Assembly (NCBI GenBank): GCA_964016885.1
Contig: OZ024740.1
Span: 76,446,001 to 76,510,000, forward strand
Length of the DNA stretch: 64,000 bases
Reading direction: 5' to 3'
Origin: Eledone cirrhosa
Lineage: Eukaryota
In this document: positions 27,690-42,047 of the stretch, piece by piece
Numbering within the stretch: position 1 is the first letter of the stretch
Layout: each line of letters starts with the position of its first letter
Program-made: the position numbers and the translations under genes
Notes under the pieces: model-generated
Seen by the model: only the letters and a program-made list of their open reading frames with translations
Databases searched by the model: none
What the model was told of the DNA's origin: nothing

Positions 27690-27855
27690 CGAATTTGGTT
27701 GCCGGCAGGTGCGAGCCCCGCGAAGTGGAGTAGCTGTTTCAACGCGTCTCCCTCGCCGTCCTTCGGGGCAACGTATTCCCCATCCTGTCGACCGGGAGCC
27801 AGAGGGAGAATGTAAGTTATTTGGAGGTGGAGGATGCTCATTCGGACGTCACTCA
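27690..27855 (+). mobile_element. CRE-like LINE 3' end fragment
   Basis: Homologous to 33265-33415 (LFQRVSLAVLRGN) plus 3'UTR. Confidence 0.6.
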
Positions 27856-28090
27856 TTTCCTCCTCTCACCCCACTTTCACTCACTCGATCTCACTTTCTG
27901 TTTTTGTGATTAATTAAAGAAAATTTGTATCGAAACATTTGTCTCCCTACATTTGATACTAATTCATTTACTTAACTTACTATCACATGCATATTAATTT
28001 TGATGGGAAAAAAGCAGCCTATCAACTATATTGAATATTAGCACTACAAATAAACAAAAACACATTATAATAGACTGTGCGTGGGATGAG

Positions 28091-28340
28091 GAGGAGCGTG
28101 ACATAGTGGAAAGGGTGTTGGACTTATGATCATAATGTCGTGGGTTCGATTCCTGGGCTGGGATGCGTGTTGTGTTCTTGAGTAAAATACTTCATTTCCC
28201 CTTGCTGGGCAATAGCTGGTGGTTTAACCCTACGATGAACTGGCGTCCGGTCCAGTGGGGATTCTTTGACTCTCAGTCGCTTCACGCCATAAGACTCCGA
28301 TAAGCATCGGCCTAACGAGCCTTCTGGCTTAAGACAGGCA
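28091..28340 (+). mobile_element. tRNA-derived SINE (CORE/V-like)
   Basis: A box-like GTGACATAGTGG, B box GGTTCGATTCC, TGTGTTCTTGAGTAAAATACTT core. Confidence 0.7.
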
Positions 28341-28380
28341 GTGTGCGGTCTGCGATGTCCAAGCCTCCTGTAGCATCATC

Positions 28381-28874
28381 AATAACATCACCACCATATA
28401 TTACCATAAAAATACTACTACAATCACCATTCATTAATAACATCACCACCATATATTACCATAAAAATACTACTACAATCACCATTCATTAATAACATCA
28501 CCACCATATATTACCATAAAAATACTACTACAATCACCATTCATTAATAACATCACCACCATATATTACCATAAAAATACTACTACAATCACCATTCATT
28601 AATAACATCACCACCATATATTACCACAAAAATACTACTACAATCACCATTCATTAATAACATCACCACCATATATTACCACAAAAATACTACTACAATC
28701 ACCATTCATTAATAACATCACCACCATATATTACCACAAAAATACTACTACAATCACCATTCATTAATAACATCACCACCATATATTACCACAAAAATAC
28801 TACTACAATCACCATTCATTAATAACATCACCACCATATATTACCACAAAAATACTACTACAATCACCATTCAT
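28381..28874. repeat. 55-bp minisatellite, 9 copies
   Basis: Unit AATAACATCACCACCATATATTACCA(T/C)AAAAATACTACTACAATCACCATTCATT. Confidence 0.95.
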
Positions 28875-28899
28875 GGCCATGTCGACAATCATCACAAAC

Positions 28900-30140
28900 T
28901 ACTCCACCATAATCCCCAGCATAATTGCCATTGCCACAAGCACCATTAACGAATTACGATCCAACCACCAGCATCACCGCTACCACCACTACCAGCACTA
29001 CAACCATCAACACCACCACCACCACCACCACCATCATCACCACCACCATCACCAACATCACCAACACTATCACCAACATCCACCATCACCGACACCATCA
29101 CGGCCATCACCACCACCACAAACGCAACCACCACCATCACCACCACCATAATCACCACCATCACCACCACCATCACGAACAACAACAACAACAACAACAA
29201 TATAATCTTCACCATCACCACCACCACCACCATCACCATCACTACCATCACTACCATCACCATCACCACCATTACCACCAACTTCAGCACCACCACCACC
29301 CTACCACCACCATCACTACCATCACCATCACCACCACATCATCATCATCACTACCATTACCACCCCACCACCATCACCACCACCACCACCAACACCACCA
29401 CCACCATCACCACCACCACCATCATCACTACCATCACCACCATCACCACCACCATCATCATCACTACCATCACCACCCCACCACCACCACCACCACCACC
29501 ACCACCACCACCACCACCACCACCTGCACCACCACAACCACTATCACCACCATCACCACCACCACCACCATCATTATCACTACCATCACCACCACCACCA
29601 CCACCACCATCATCGTCACTACCATCACCACCATCACCACCACCATCATCATCATCATCACTACCATCACCAGCACCACCATCACCACCATCATCTTCAC
29701 TTCCATCAGCAATACCACCATCACTACCACCATACCCACTACCAACACCATCATCACTTCCACTAATAAAATAATCACACTTATCACCCCGAACATCACT
29801 ATTACAACCACCGCCAACAGCACCATCAACACAAACACCAACGCCACCAATATCACAGCTTCACCGTAACCATCAACACCGACACCACTAACATCCCAAT
29901 CACCTCCATCATCAACCTTCCCACTAACTCCACCACCACCACCACCACCACCATCACGACCAAGGAAATAATCACAACTATCACTCGGACCACCGTCACA
30001 ACCACCAACATCATCCCCACCAACAACCACAAAACCACCAATACCACCACAAACAACAACAACAAAACCAACACCATCAACGACAACAACACCACCGCCA
30101 CCACCACCACCAACACCACCACCACCAGCACGACCTCAAT
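28900..30140. repeat. Degenerate (CAC/CAT/CAA)n trinucleotide tract
   Basis: Direct reading. Confidence 0.9.
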
Positions 30141-30848
30141 GCAGAAATCTAAGAAGAATGTTTCTAAAGCATTGACCAAGGCATTCTCTTACATCCGTTC
30201 CATCTGTCACAAACACACCACACCACAACTAACCCAAACAAAACTAATTTATCATCTAATTCATTTTAATATATACATCATTAAATACAAGTATGTATGT
30301 ATGTCTGCATGTATATATATATATATATATCATATTTCTGTAGGTACTTAGTGCCTGTTGGAATATACATACCCTTTTATAATTTTTCTCCTATATGTAG
30401 AGAACAAAACGTTGTATCGCGCTGCTATTTTTAGCGGCATGGTCAACAACTTTATAATATCCCGCTTTTACTTGTGGCCTATTTTTGTGTGTGAGTCACT
30501 TTAACGGCTTGACCGCATGCAACGGGCAGTAAGCGAAATATTAACTTACTATGAGGCTTTATACCCTTATAGTACGGAAATAACTGTCTGAAGATCTAAT
30601 TCTTTCCATTGGAAATTCTCTGAATTTCCAATCTTTTTTTTTAGTGAAACCGTCGGTAACGGCAATAGAACAGGTGAATATTTAAATCGTTTTTTAATTT
30701 ATTTAAAAGATTGTTTGATGACTACTTGCTCCGCTCATTTTTATATACATATATATATATATATAGCATATATAGCATATAAATATCTATAAACATATAT
30801 AGATATGTATGAATGTATGTATGTTTGTATGTTTGTATGTATATATAT

Positions 30849-31277
30849 ACAACCTGTCCCATGGTCGGGTCGTTGGCGACTAAACTGGCAACCCCACCAA
30901 GGTTTCTTGGTGAGGAAGGTGACTTTGGACATCGTGCAGGACTAGAAACAAAACCTGTCAAAGGACAAAGGAACTCTTAAGAGTCAATGGCCATCCAAAA
31001 TCACCGGGAGAATTCTAGGAGAAGGAAAACTCTGATATAACACCTGCAACTCTGATGGTATCCAATGATGTTGACTTGTTCTTCTTTTTGGTAAATATCA
31101 TCTTGGTTAAGAGAGTGGGACTGGCTTTGTGCAGTGCCTTTGATCACTATAAAAGCTTCACGACACAGGCATTGCTTTATATCTGGAGATCTCTCTGCAC
31201 TTGTCAGCGCATCGGTAGGGGTTCTCCTATGGATATAAAGTAGTGGCCGTACTCGAAAACGAGTTGGCAGCCACCAT
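30849..31277 (+). mobile_element. Non-autonomous RTE-derived bipartite element with internal deletion
   Basis: Reverse complement of 57421-57990 lacking ~57497-57600; ends in (TA)n. Confidence 0.75.
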
Positions 31278-31834
31278 ATATATATATATATAGTAAGATA
31301 GTGAGTATGAGACCCGTTGGTTGCCAAATACTAAAAAGCTTAATATATTAATCACTAGAAAAATACGGAGCATAATAATTTAAATCAATTGACAACCAAA
31401 GAAAGTACTTCAAATAATTTTATTAATGTCTACACGCTTTTCAACTTTGATATTATCAGGGATGACTTAAGTATCGCCATGAAAATAATTTGGGATTTGG
31501 AGGATGCAAATGCCAAAGAAATACAAGTCAATACGATAAAGAAATTGAGGAGGTTTTTGTAGAAATAAAATTTAAAAAAAAGTTATTTTCTCTCCTGAGA
31601 AGCACACAGCAAACTATTTAATTATTTGAGTAAAAGCACGCTTGCGTTTTTAGACAACGAGCTAAAAAAAAAGACAGAATTAAAATATAGTTTATTTTTG
31701 AGAGAAATAAGTGCATTGATTACTTACTAAAGTATTCATTTGGCGGAGAGAAACTATTTTTTTACAAATCAAATGGTAAAAGATGAGTATTGACGTATAT
31801 CTATTTCCATTTCTTAAAGGGTTCTAAACCCAAC

Positions 31835-31868
<34 letters not shown>

Positions 31869-32440
31869 TACATTTTATATATATACACATATTTCTCTGT
31901 ATAAGTATATGTATATAAACACATATTTGTGTGTGTTTGTGCGCGCATGGTTATTGACACGCTCATAAAATGATCCATCAATTTTGTATACCTTCTATAA
32001 GGTGAATGAGTGTATTTGTATACATCTATATATATGTACTGAATATATATATATATTTTTTTAAAAAATATTTATATATGAAAAGATTCAGGACCCCGGC
32101 GATAAACGGAAAAAATGAAATAAATGTTTGGTGAATCCATACGTACATATATATATGTGTGCATGTATGTATATATATATACATACTACTGTACGTCTGT
32201 ATACATATATGTATGTACGTATACATACTTATATTTAAGTAACAGCCGTACTAAGAGTGGGAAATGAAATTTCGTTTCATTTTCTCCGTTTATCGTTTTC
32301 GGTGCACCCGGCCGATTAATGCACTCGATATGCAAATTGGGCTACTCAGCCGTTAATATGCATAAGGAAAGTATATACTTTCGGACGTTCAACAATCTGA
32401 CAGGAAGGTATACGTTGCTGACGATAGCTAACAAGCTTGA

Positions 32441-32514
<74 letters not shown>

Positions 32515-32689
32515 TTATATATATATATATATTTACACGGTAAATAGCGAAGGCCACGCGCTGTCCTTCTCTGACACAACTTTTTTCTGTTCGGAAAAAC
32601 CCCAATTGATGGATATGTAATCCGAAATATAGGGACTATTAAATCACTTCCAAGATAACTCTATCTCTTGTATCCGCTCGGCCACCTAA

Positions 32690-33415
32690 ATACACAGTGG
32701 TACCTGGCTTAATGGAGTTCCCTCACTCGCGAATGGCACTCAGTTGGTGAGCAACTGCTTGCGCATTGGTGTTTCCCAGAGCCTTGTACTCCGCGCCTGT
32801 GAACCCCACAAATGCCGCTGCGGTAACAATGTGAATCCTTTTGGTTTTCACCCACTGTCATACCATTACAGTGATGGCCACCTCCCATACTATGCTACCC
32901 CTCAATGAGATCATAAAGCATGGCCTCGATGGCGCAGGCTTCCTTTCCCAGCACAAGCCTGTAGGGCTGGACTGAGGAGACAACAAAAAGCCAGGCGGCA
33001 TGACAATCCTCCCATTTCCCGATGATAGGCCTGTCATCTGGGTGCCACGTACTGTGACACTTACTCATGTGGAAACCTGTTGCGTTCGGGTACCAGCCCA
33101 GGCTCTGCTGCCCGCCAAGCCGAAGAGGGCAACATTTTTAAGAATCAGCCGCTCTCGGATAGGTTTGTGGTATATATAGCCTGTAGCAGTAGAGATTTCC
33201 GGAGTTCTTGGCCCCCCACCCCCGTGCAATATCCCTACTCATTGCTATCGGGTCGGAATTAGCCGCTCGCAGGTGCTAGCCCCACGAGGTGGAGTGGCTG
33301 TTCCAGCGCGTCTCCCTTGCTGTCCTGGGGCAATGCATTCTCCATCTTGTCGTTCCGGGACCCAGAGGCTTAGGGTAAGTTAGTTTGTAGAGGAAGATAC
33401 TCGTTCGGATGTCAC
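32690..33415 (+). mobile_element. Degraded CRE-like non-LTR retrotransposon 3' end (restriction-like endonuclease)
   Basis: Frameshifted CRCG..HPLS.., LNEIIKHGL..AGF..PVGLD*GDNKKPGGMTILPF..W, EWLFQRVSLAVL: zinc knuckle plus degenerate RPD motif; inverted 3' piece at 33505-33625. Confidence 0.65.
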
Positions 33416-33933
33416 GTCTACAACTAAAGTATATTTACATATGAAGTAGACAACCACACATGTTGTTCTGAGTTACTTCCAAAAAGGGTACTCAATACAT
33501 GTGTGGAAGTGACGTCCGAACGCGTATCCTCCACTACCAAATAACTTACCCTCTACCTCTGGGTCGCGGTCGAGAAGATGGAAAATACATTGCCCCGGAT
33601 CACTACAAGATAGACGCGCTGGAACCTTGCGTGGTGTATATGGTAGAATATTGTATTTTTTTTAATTAACGAATGTATAATTTTTCCAACTATATCCTTT
33701 CAAAAACGTAAAAAAAAGTTATCTTTAATCTTAGACTCTAATAAATCGCCATATTCTGTTGCTGCTGTTGTTGTTGTTGTTGGTATTTTAAAACATAAAC
33801 TATTTCGTCGTTTGAAACCTTATCAGTTTGATATAAGAAAGCGGAAATTTACATAGTTGTGGTGTCCGCAATGAATGTTGGGAAGGATGTTGATCATAAA
33901 ATGGACGACAAGGAAAGGAAGACGACGTTTGTA

Positions 33934-33965
<32 letters not shown>

Positions 33966-34128
33966 CTGTGCGTGTGTGTATTTCATTCATTTGGGAATCG
34001 GTAGTTATATATATATATTATATTTGTGTGTGTGCGTGTGTGTGTGTGTGTGCAGTCAAACATTTCCGTAGACTAGATAAAGGATAAAGAGCACTCTATC
34101 TTAAGTACAGTATTAAAGTATATTATAA

Positions 34129-34235
<107 letters not shown>

Positions 34236-34274
34236 TTTACAGAGCGATTAACCGAGTTTTCTTTAACTTTAATA

Positions 34275-34338
<64 letters not shown>

Positions 34339-34662
34339 TATACATTGAAGGCGGCCGACCGAACTAGAAACTTCTAAATGTGTGGCCGCCTTCTTGTCTC
34401 TCTGCCTTTTCAGACCCATGGATTATATTGCTTTGTTAAATTTCGAATACCTGATGATGTCACCGGATTCATACTGAACTCGATCATTGAAATGTTCATA
34501 GTATAATGAACCTTTAAGGAATTACACCAGTCCAGCCTCCTGTTATTTTATAATAATTATTTTATAATATATATATAAAATCCAAAGAGGGCTCGATAAG
34601 AATAAATATATTTCAAATATATAAGAAACCTAGAGCAAATATTTATTAAAATAACAGATTAA

Positions 34663-34713
34663 AGTTTAAGCAAAGAATCGCTGCTTTCACCCTTAACGGG
34701 ATCTTCCGAAACT
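34663..34713 (-). ncRNA. Hammerhead ribozyme (U4 substituted) in pLTR-like segment 34575-34950
   Basis: AGTTT-CGGAAGA-TCCC gttaa GGGT-GAAA-GCA...TGC-TT-AAACT; related fragments at 6830-6920 and 49015-49110. Confidence 0.55.
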
Positions 34714-34969
34714 AAAAAAATCAATCTGTAAACGCAGAAGTAAATATTTCGAAAAATCTTGCAACCGACGGAAGACAGGAAAGCGATACTTTGGTTCGTG
34801 GAGACGTTCCCTGGTAATGAACGGAAGAAGCGAGATTATGCGTCATTATGTGGAGCGATGATAACAATTACACGGAAAAACAAAACCACGTTTATGGTAT
34901 AAATGAATTCGTAGACTAAAATTCTATTTAGGAAACCGAATGATTCTCGGCTTCAGAGTTAAGAATAAT

Positions 34970-35153
34970 TGTTTCTACTTTAGGCACAAGGCCAGCAATT
35001 ACTCAGTGCATTACTGGTACTTTATTTTATCGACCCCGTAAGGATGAAAGCAAAGTTAACCTCGGCGGGATTTGAACTCAGTCCGTAAAGGGACGTAACT
35101 ATGCTGCAAAGCATGGCGTCCGACCCTCTACCGATACTGCCAATCCACCGCCC
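34970..35153 (-). mobile_element. tRNA-derived SINE family A
   Basis: TSD TTCAGA(G/A)TTAAGAATAAT on both sides. Confidence 0.9.
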
Positions 35154-35392
35154 TTCAGAATTAAGAATAATGTAAATAAATTACAGAGGTTATTGAAATC
35201 AACAATAATTAAATATAAACATGCATACATCCACAAACGTACATACACATGCATACGCGAAAACACCCGCCATGGGTAGAAAATACAAGCACGTACACAA
35301 AATCAAGCGCGCACATACAGAACCCACGCAACGCCTGTACCCGCACGCATACGAACGTATACACCAAATACACATAAAATATATATAAACAA

Positions 35393-35425
<33 letters not shown>

Positions 35426-35829
35426 AGTGTGCGTATATACATATAATTATATAAACGTATATAATTATATACACATAAATACGTATATAACGCGCGCACA
35501 CACATACCTACATATAAATACACATATGTTCGTTAAACGTACGTCAACCAAAACACAAAGTACACATATACACACACCCTACATACGTGCGAACCCGCAT
35601 ACTCACACAAACGCGAAACTCACGTATACACATAACCATATACCCATGTACCAGTATATATAATATAATATATACACCTATAACAAATACAAGCAAATAT
35701 ACGTACCTTCACAAAACATACAGGTAATATATACTTACCTATACAAATAAGTAATGGTATAAACATAAAATATACTTAGCTACCACATCAAGACGTAAAT
35801 TATCCGCGTATAGTTGGTACTATCCATTA

Positions 35830-37970
35830 GGGTATAATGTGGGGCTGTAATACAGGAAAGTGTTGTGCAATTTATGTTTACAAGCCGAAATTGCCTCAGA
35901 TTTTTTGTTTAAGATGTGGTCATTGGCGTAGAGTATTTCCAGGGCTTCAGAGGCGCAGAGGTCACATGGTCTTTTATTTCCGTTATACTATCTAGCCCTA
36001 GCTAGGATCTCCCAGTGTAACCTATATTGGGTGTGGTTGTCTTTTAGACTCCAGATATAAGCTGAAAGTGACGTCATATTCCTTCTTTAAGGATTAAGAA
36101 AAGAATGGGTATGCATGTAAAGAAGCAGCTTGAATCTATTGGCGGTTAACCCTATGTAGGCCCTACAGGACGTGGGTGTTTCAACCTTACATTTGTAGAC
36201 AATGTTACTAGAGAGGCATTTCTCGGATAGGGGGCAGTCAACCCGATTCCTACAATTAAAGTTAGTACTAGCTACAGGGTTGCACGTGTTCCTACGGTTA
36301 GGTAATTTAGCTAAATTTGAAGCAGTGATGTTATGTGCAAGGTTAGGAGTCGTAGAGTAAGAAATCTTAATGGTATTTCAATTAAATATTTTACTATATT
36401 TATGTGCTGGGGGAAATGCTTCATAATAAGGGAGAGAAAGATCTTAGCTAATGGTGTGGCCACCTCCATATTATATGGTGGGTTATACCATATAATGTGT
36501 CGCGATCTATTTTTCCTAGGTCTATTCTCATACTCGGTATATGCTACCTTATCGACAAATCCACTCCGAGCAAGAGCTTCATTCATGTGGAATAGTCGGT
36601 GAAAATATGCTCGTTTGTAGATAGACGGGAAAGCCTCAAAGAAACGTTTCTTATCAGGTTCTTGGTTATGCTGACAGGATGGTTAGAATGCTTACTTATG
36701 TAATTAAGCGTATCATTCGGCTTTCTATACGGGTAGTGAAAGCCATTCGACAAATTGAGGGTAACGTCCAGGTAATTAACGACCGAGAGTTTGGCCTCAA
36801 CCTGTATGGAGAGGTTGAAGCCTTTAAAGAAGGCTGTGAGTTCTTTTCTGAACTTGTCGCAAGCTCGTGGGCCGCACTTTTTCATGGTCAAAAGACCGTC
36901 ATTACGGTACAAACCACCGCCCACGCTGGGGAATTCTTCCTTAATGGAGAAAAGGCCGATAAGATCAGTAACCTCCGCAGAATCGCTGGCGCCCATACTC
37001 ACGTCGAATGGGGTACTATTAGATTTTTTAATCCAAATAGAGTTTTCGAAGTTAATCACCGACTTACGGGCATTGAGGATGACATCAACTTCGAAATCCT
37101 TAACCACCGTGAGTGTTTTAGCGAAATTGATAGCTCTAAGAAGAAGTGGTAAAGTGATGGAGAAGTAGTAATTATTGATGTCGAATTGGAAAAAACGGCA
37201 ATGTTCCTTGTTGCATATGCCGTTGAACCAATCAATCACCGCGAAAGAATTGTTTCACAGTGCAAGAGGGGCCAAGCTTCTAATTTCCGGTATAATTCTA
37301 TCTAACACCCTTTAATTAAGTCTACCTAAATCGGACTTCGTAGGGTTAATAAGCTGAACAGAGGGGTTGTTCGGGAATTTGGATTTGTGATCCTTCAGGG
37401 TAAAGTGGGGAGAAATAGGATCCAGAGTTTCAGTCCGGTCCAGGATGTTGAGATCGGAGGTGATTTTAAAGCCAGCATCGTTGACGTCATTAATGACACT
37501 CCGATCAGTTTTACGGTAATCCTTAGTTACAGCATTATGTAGTAGTTGATGGTAAGTACTGCGCTCCACTTAATATAGATTTCCAGTTTTGTCGGAATGG
37601 ACGTGCACGGCATTAGAATCCTTAATAGAACAAATTCTATTCTTCAGGTCCTGCTGGAAGGAATTGCTCCTATTCCGAAATTTGATACTCCGTATAAGTT
37701 CCATGACATCATTTTCGAAGGGTAGCAATGGTGGGTTACTTGGAGGGTTATTATAGGTTTTAAACCCAAATTTATCCTGTTTGTTGTCCGCTTTTCCCTG
37801 ATTATCGAAATAAAAGGCACGCCAACGCAACCTTTTAATGAACGAGTCTGTTTTCTGTATCAGGAGTTTTAGGTATGTTTTCCTGCTTGGTACAGGTATG
37901 TTCTTTCTAGAAATATTCAGATGTTGTTTCTGCATGATGAATATAAGTCAATAGAGTGCTCAACCGAGGG
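35830..37970 (-). mobile_element. Penelope-like element (Nematis-like), near-complete ORF broken by stops and frameshifts
   Basis: IKRLRWRAF, TLKDHK, FDINNYY, MGASDSAEV, YRNDGL, YRKPND, WYNPPY, CPLSEKCL..VYKC..AYIG (GIY-YIG), LNKKSE. Confidence 0.92.
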
Positions 37971-37980
37971 AGCCAAATAG

Positions 37981-38024
<44 letters not shown>

Positions 38025-38026
<2 letters not shown>

Positions 38027-38900
38027 CGTTTCTGAATTTGTTTAGCAAGATTCTTTATCTGAAATCGTGTGTTGAAACCGATATTGTTATACTTTGGGAG
38101 GGGGGGGGGTCATGTTGCCAATAAGAAACACACGCACCAGTTGCTTTCACTTCAATTTATTATAATAAATTTATAATTTTATAAATTTCTGGTTGGTTAG
38201 TTGGTTCCACAACCAGATAGTTGTTTATATATTGTCATAGTTCTTTCGTCACACACTCTGTGACCTCTTCAGTGACTGGGGATTCCTTTCTTTGTTTCTG
38301 TGCCTCTCCTTTGTTTTGTCCTACGCCATTTTGTTTCTGTGTGTGTGTTGTGTGCTCAGTCTGCGCATGCGCCACATCCGGGTGTCTGTGTGTGTTTATG
38401 TTCATTTATTTATTTGTTTATTTACATGTTACTGGTTGATTGTTTGTTCTATGTGTGTGTGTGTTTTCATTTTGTCCTTAATTGTAAGTTGTGATGTTGC
38501 TGTTCCACTCATATTTTCTATTTAATTTTGGTTGTAATTCTTTTATGTTTATTGCCTCTGTAATTTGTCTAAACATTGCGTCTTTTCTGTGTGTAGATTC
38601 TATTTTTATTTCTATGTTCTCTAATTCACCCTTGTGTTCTATTTTAGCATGTTGGTAGAGTACAGATGATTCTTTACTATCTTGAAGGTCTCGCCAGTCT
38701 TCATTTATCCGTTTTCCTACACTACGAGCTGTCTCACCTATGTACACTATATTATTGTCTCTACATTGTCCTTCAGTACATCTTATGCTATACACTACAT
38801 TTCTAGTTTTGCAGTTAATATGGGGACTTATTTTACAGGTTATAATAAAGTTAACCAGAACTTCAAAAATATTTTTGAAGTTCTGGTTAACTTTATTTAG
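38025..38900 (-). mobile_element. 5'-truncated Penelope-like element: GIY-YIG end plus pLTR, with 5' fold-back
   Basis: VVYSIRCTEGQC..YIGETARS..LNRKYEWN (38478-38830); perfect palindrome ~38844-38897 at the truncation point; pLTR matches 62646-63170. Confidence 0.85.
38234..38276 (-). ncRNA. Minimal hammerhead ribozyme in a PLE pLTR
   Basis: GTCA-CTGAAGA-GGTCACA gagtg TGTGAC-GAAA-GAAC-TA-TGAC; copy at 62799-62841. Confidence 0.8.
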
Positions 38901-39119
38901 TTACCTACCTAGCTATGTGTGCTTACACACTTGTAAAAATTATCTCCCGTGATTATTCATGTTTATTTATATGTTAATCAATTTCTAGTTATTATAAAAT
39001 GCTCGGACCTATTCGTTAGAATCTTAGAGCTTATTTTGCGGGTGATATGGCGCATGTCTTTCTGGCATGACACCCATAATTTTGATTATCTTAATTTTGG
39101 ATATAGATATATAAATTTT

Positions 39120-39215
<96 letters not shown>

Positions 39216-39530
39216 CACCCTCTTATATATATATATATAAGAGGGTGTTAAAGTTTGCTTGAAGCATTGTGAAATGTGTAAAATACGTACTTTAGAAAGC
39301 CACAACAATGCAGAGGGAAATCTCGAGGTAGGAAGTGAATGATAGATAAGAGAAATAGGAGAAAGTGAAAATAGAGAGAGACAAAGATGAAAACAAAACA
39401 AAGGTAGAAGGGTTACCGTAGTGGAGATTTAATCCCAATATTTCGGGCTCACGCCCATCAACGGAGGAAAGTTCCAAAGGGGGGGGGGGACAGGCTAAGC
39501 GGAGAAAGTTGTGATGTCGTTAAAACAGGA

Positions 39531-39579
<49 letters not shown>

Positions 39580-39599
39580 TGTGTATGTGAAGAAATAAT

Positions 39600-39785
39600 T
39601 GTTTCTACTTTTGGCACAAAGCCAGCAATTATCCCAGAACGTTACTACTACTTTATTTTATCGACCCTGTAAGGATGAAGGGCAAAGTGAACCTCTGCGG
39701 GTTTGAACTCAGACTATAAAGAGGTGCAACTCTATGCTGCAAAGCATGGCGTCCGACCTTCTACCGATACTGCCAATCCCCGCCC
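39600..39785 (-). mobile_element. tRNA-derived SINE family A
   Basis: TSD TATGTGA(A/G)GAAATAAT. Confidence 0.9.
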
Positions 39786-40693
39786 TATGTGAGGAAATAA
39801 TAATACCCGCGTATGTGTGCTAATTCACGTTAGTGTAAAATGTATATGCGAAACGAAAAAGAAGTAACTCACCGGTTAGTTGTGCTGAACTTGGTTGGTG
39901 GAGTTGTGTAACATGTGTATCTTGATGATACGAGATGGATCTCGTGTAATGTACATAGGTTCCAAGGAGATTTCAAGGAGTAATTTAAAGTCAATAGTGT
40001 GCAAGGAAAAAAACTAGGCAAAATCCGTTGATACATAAATGCATACATACGTACATACAGGCATACTTACATCCATCCATCTATACATACATACGTACAT
40101 ACATGCATACATACATTTAAATGTTCTTTATAAATCCGAAGAAATGGACCATTTATTTCACATTTCAGTATGCCCAAGTCATTAATAGAATCTCGCCACT
40201 TTTACTTCAAACGGACACACATGAAGTCAGATCTTTCTCTTCTACTACATTTCACCCGCACACCCTGCCTCGTCAACACACTACCCCCATAGCCTTTAAT
40301 TTCCTTTTCTATGCACCTCTATGAACTCATATCTTTCTTAATCCATTCCTCTCCGTCAAAAAGGATAAGAAACTACGTGACGTCTTAATTAGAAACTTCT
40401 TGCCAACTTTCAGGTGACATTTTAATTCCCTAGGCCTATGTCTCCTAAATGGTTTTTCAAGAATCCCAAAATTTCGCGAAAAATCTCTGGGGTCTGTGAG
40501 ACAAGGTGTCTTTTAATAGACTTTAATTAAAAAAAATATTATATGTTTGCTTTCATATGAATACATTCTCTCTCTAAAATGCGTTTTCTTTCATGTATTG
40601 CTAAATTAGGGTAGCGGATATTGTCCACATATATATGGGGGAAATAGAATAAAAGTTCTGAGACAAAATAAGAGAGAAAGACACTGCACTAGA

Positions 40694-40761
<68 letters not shown>

Positions 40762-41146
40762 TACTTTTTAAAACTGCTAAAGAACAAGAACAAAAACGAC
40801 TATTTAGCAGCTAGAAAGTGGTAAGAAACCTCAGGAGAGATGGACAGCTGAAGGTCTTCAGAGAAGGACCTCCCCACACACATACACTCAAACATGTGTT
40901 TCGGTCCTTACAGACTTCTATAAAACTTTGCTTTTTACAGATTAGTCAAAATGCGAAGAGCAGTACTCATGAGACTTTTCCAAGCTTTTGAGACTGGTGT
41001 AAGAAAAGTGGACTTCTTTAAAGGCATCCCAAAATGAAGTGGTGGTGTTAAATAAGGAGACGGATTATGTCTGCCACCCAAATACGCTACAGCAAGATTT
41101 GAATTCAGAACGATAAACGTCGGAGCAAATACCCAAACAAGTCCCG

Positions 41147-41346
41147 NNNNNNNNNNNNNNNNNNNNNNNNNNNNNNNNNNNNNNNNNNNNNNNNNNNNNN
41201 NNNNNNNNNNNNNNNNNNNNNNNNNNNNNNNNNNNNNNNNNNNNNNNNNNNNNNNNNNNNNNNNNNNNNNNNNNNNNNNNNNNNNNNNNNNNNNNNNNNN
41301 NNNNNNNNNNNNNNNNNNNNNNNNNNNNNNNNNNNNNNNNNNNNNN
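41147..41346. other. Assembly gap (200 N)
   Basis: Run of n. Confidence 1.
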
Positions 41347-41432
41347 CTAACCAGGAACTGGACATACCAGAGTTTTGACAAAATTATACACCTCAACAAC
41401 ATATGTACTTGTCTATACCACACTAATTCGGA

Positions 41433-41485
41433 CTGCCTGAAGAGGTCACAGCCAAAGATGGCTCTCACTGAAATATATATAGCAG
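41433..41485 (+). ncRNA. Type I hammerhead ribozyme with (AT)n palindromic stem III
   Basis: CTGC-CTGAAGA-GGT..AGCCA aaga TGGCT..ACT-GAAA-TATATA-TA-GCAG. Confidence 0.75.
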
Positions 41486-41634
41486 TAATAAACGAAGCTA
41501 AATTTTAAACATTTGACTTTTTATTTAACTTTATTTTACATTACTCCGGAGTAACCAAACCAACCTGCGCACTTCGTCGAGTGCTCCAGCCTGCATACTG
41601 AGGTGTTGGTATACAACCAACATATACTCAACAT

Positions 41635-41707
<73 letters not shown>

Positions 41708-41950
41708 AAAGAGTCGGAGCCCGACGGCAGGTCTCTTGCCGTTTCAACAACTAGTTGCTGTCGGGCCACAACTCTTTCTAATATAGTCACACTCTACTAT
41801 CCCAAGTATCGAGTTCTCTGTTGAATAATGGTATAACTAGTTTAAAACTGGTTCAATCCTGATATACATATATATCACTGAAATATATATAGCAGTAATA
41901 AACGAAGCTAAATTTTAAACATTTGACTTTTTATTTAACTTTACATATAT

Positions 41951-42044
<94 letters not shown>

Positions 42045-42047
<3 letters not shown>

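Noticed and set aside
28381-28874. Regular repeats resembling a CRISPR array
   Set aside because: No unique spacers, no cas genes, eukaryotic context
38280-38480. Possible SECIS element (some PLEs encode selenoproteins)
   Set aside because: No ATGA/AA/GA stem-loop recognisable and no in-frame TGA at a cysteine position in the retained fragment
39425-39475. Minus-strand CCGTTGA-TGGGC gtga GCCC-GAAA-TAT
   Set aside because: Probably a decayed HHR, but two core mismatches and a weak stem I; not called
40925-41146. Possible host exon after TTTTTACAG
   Set aside because: Reading frames contain stops, and a GVK*GDGL stretch suggests a decayed LINE RT; sequence is cut by the gap
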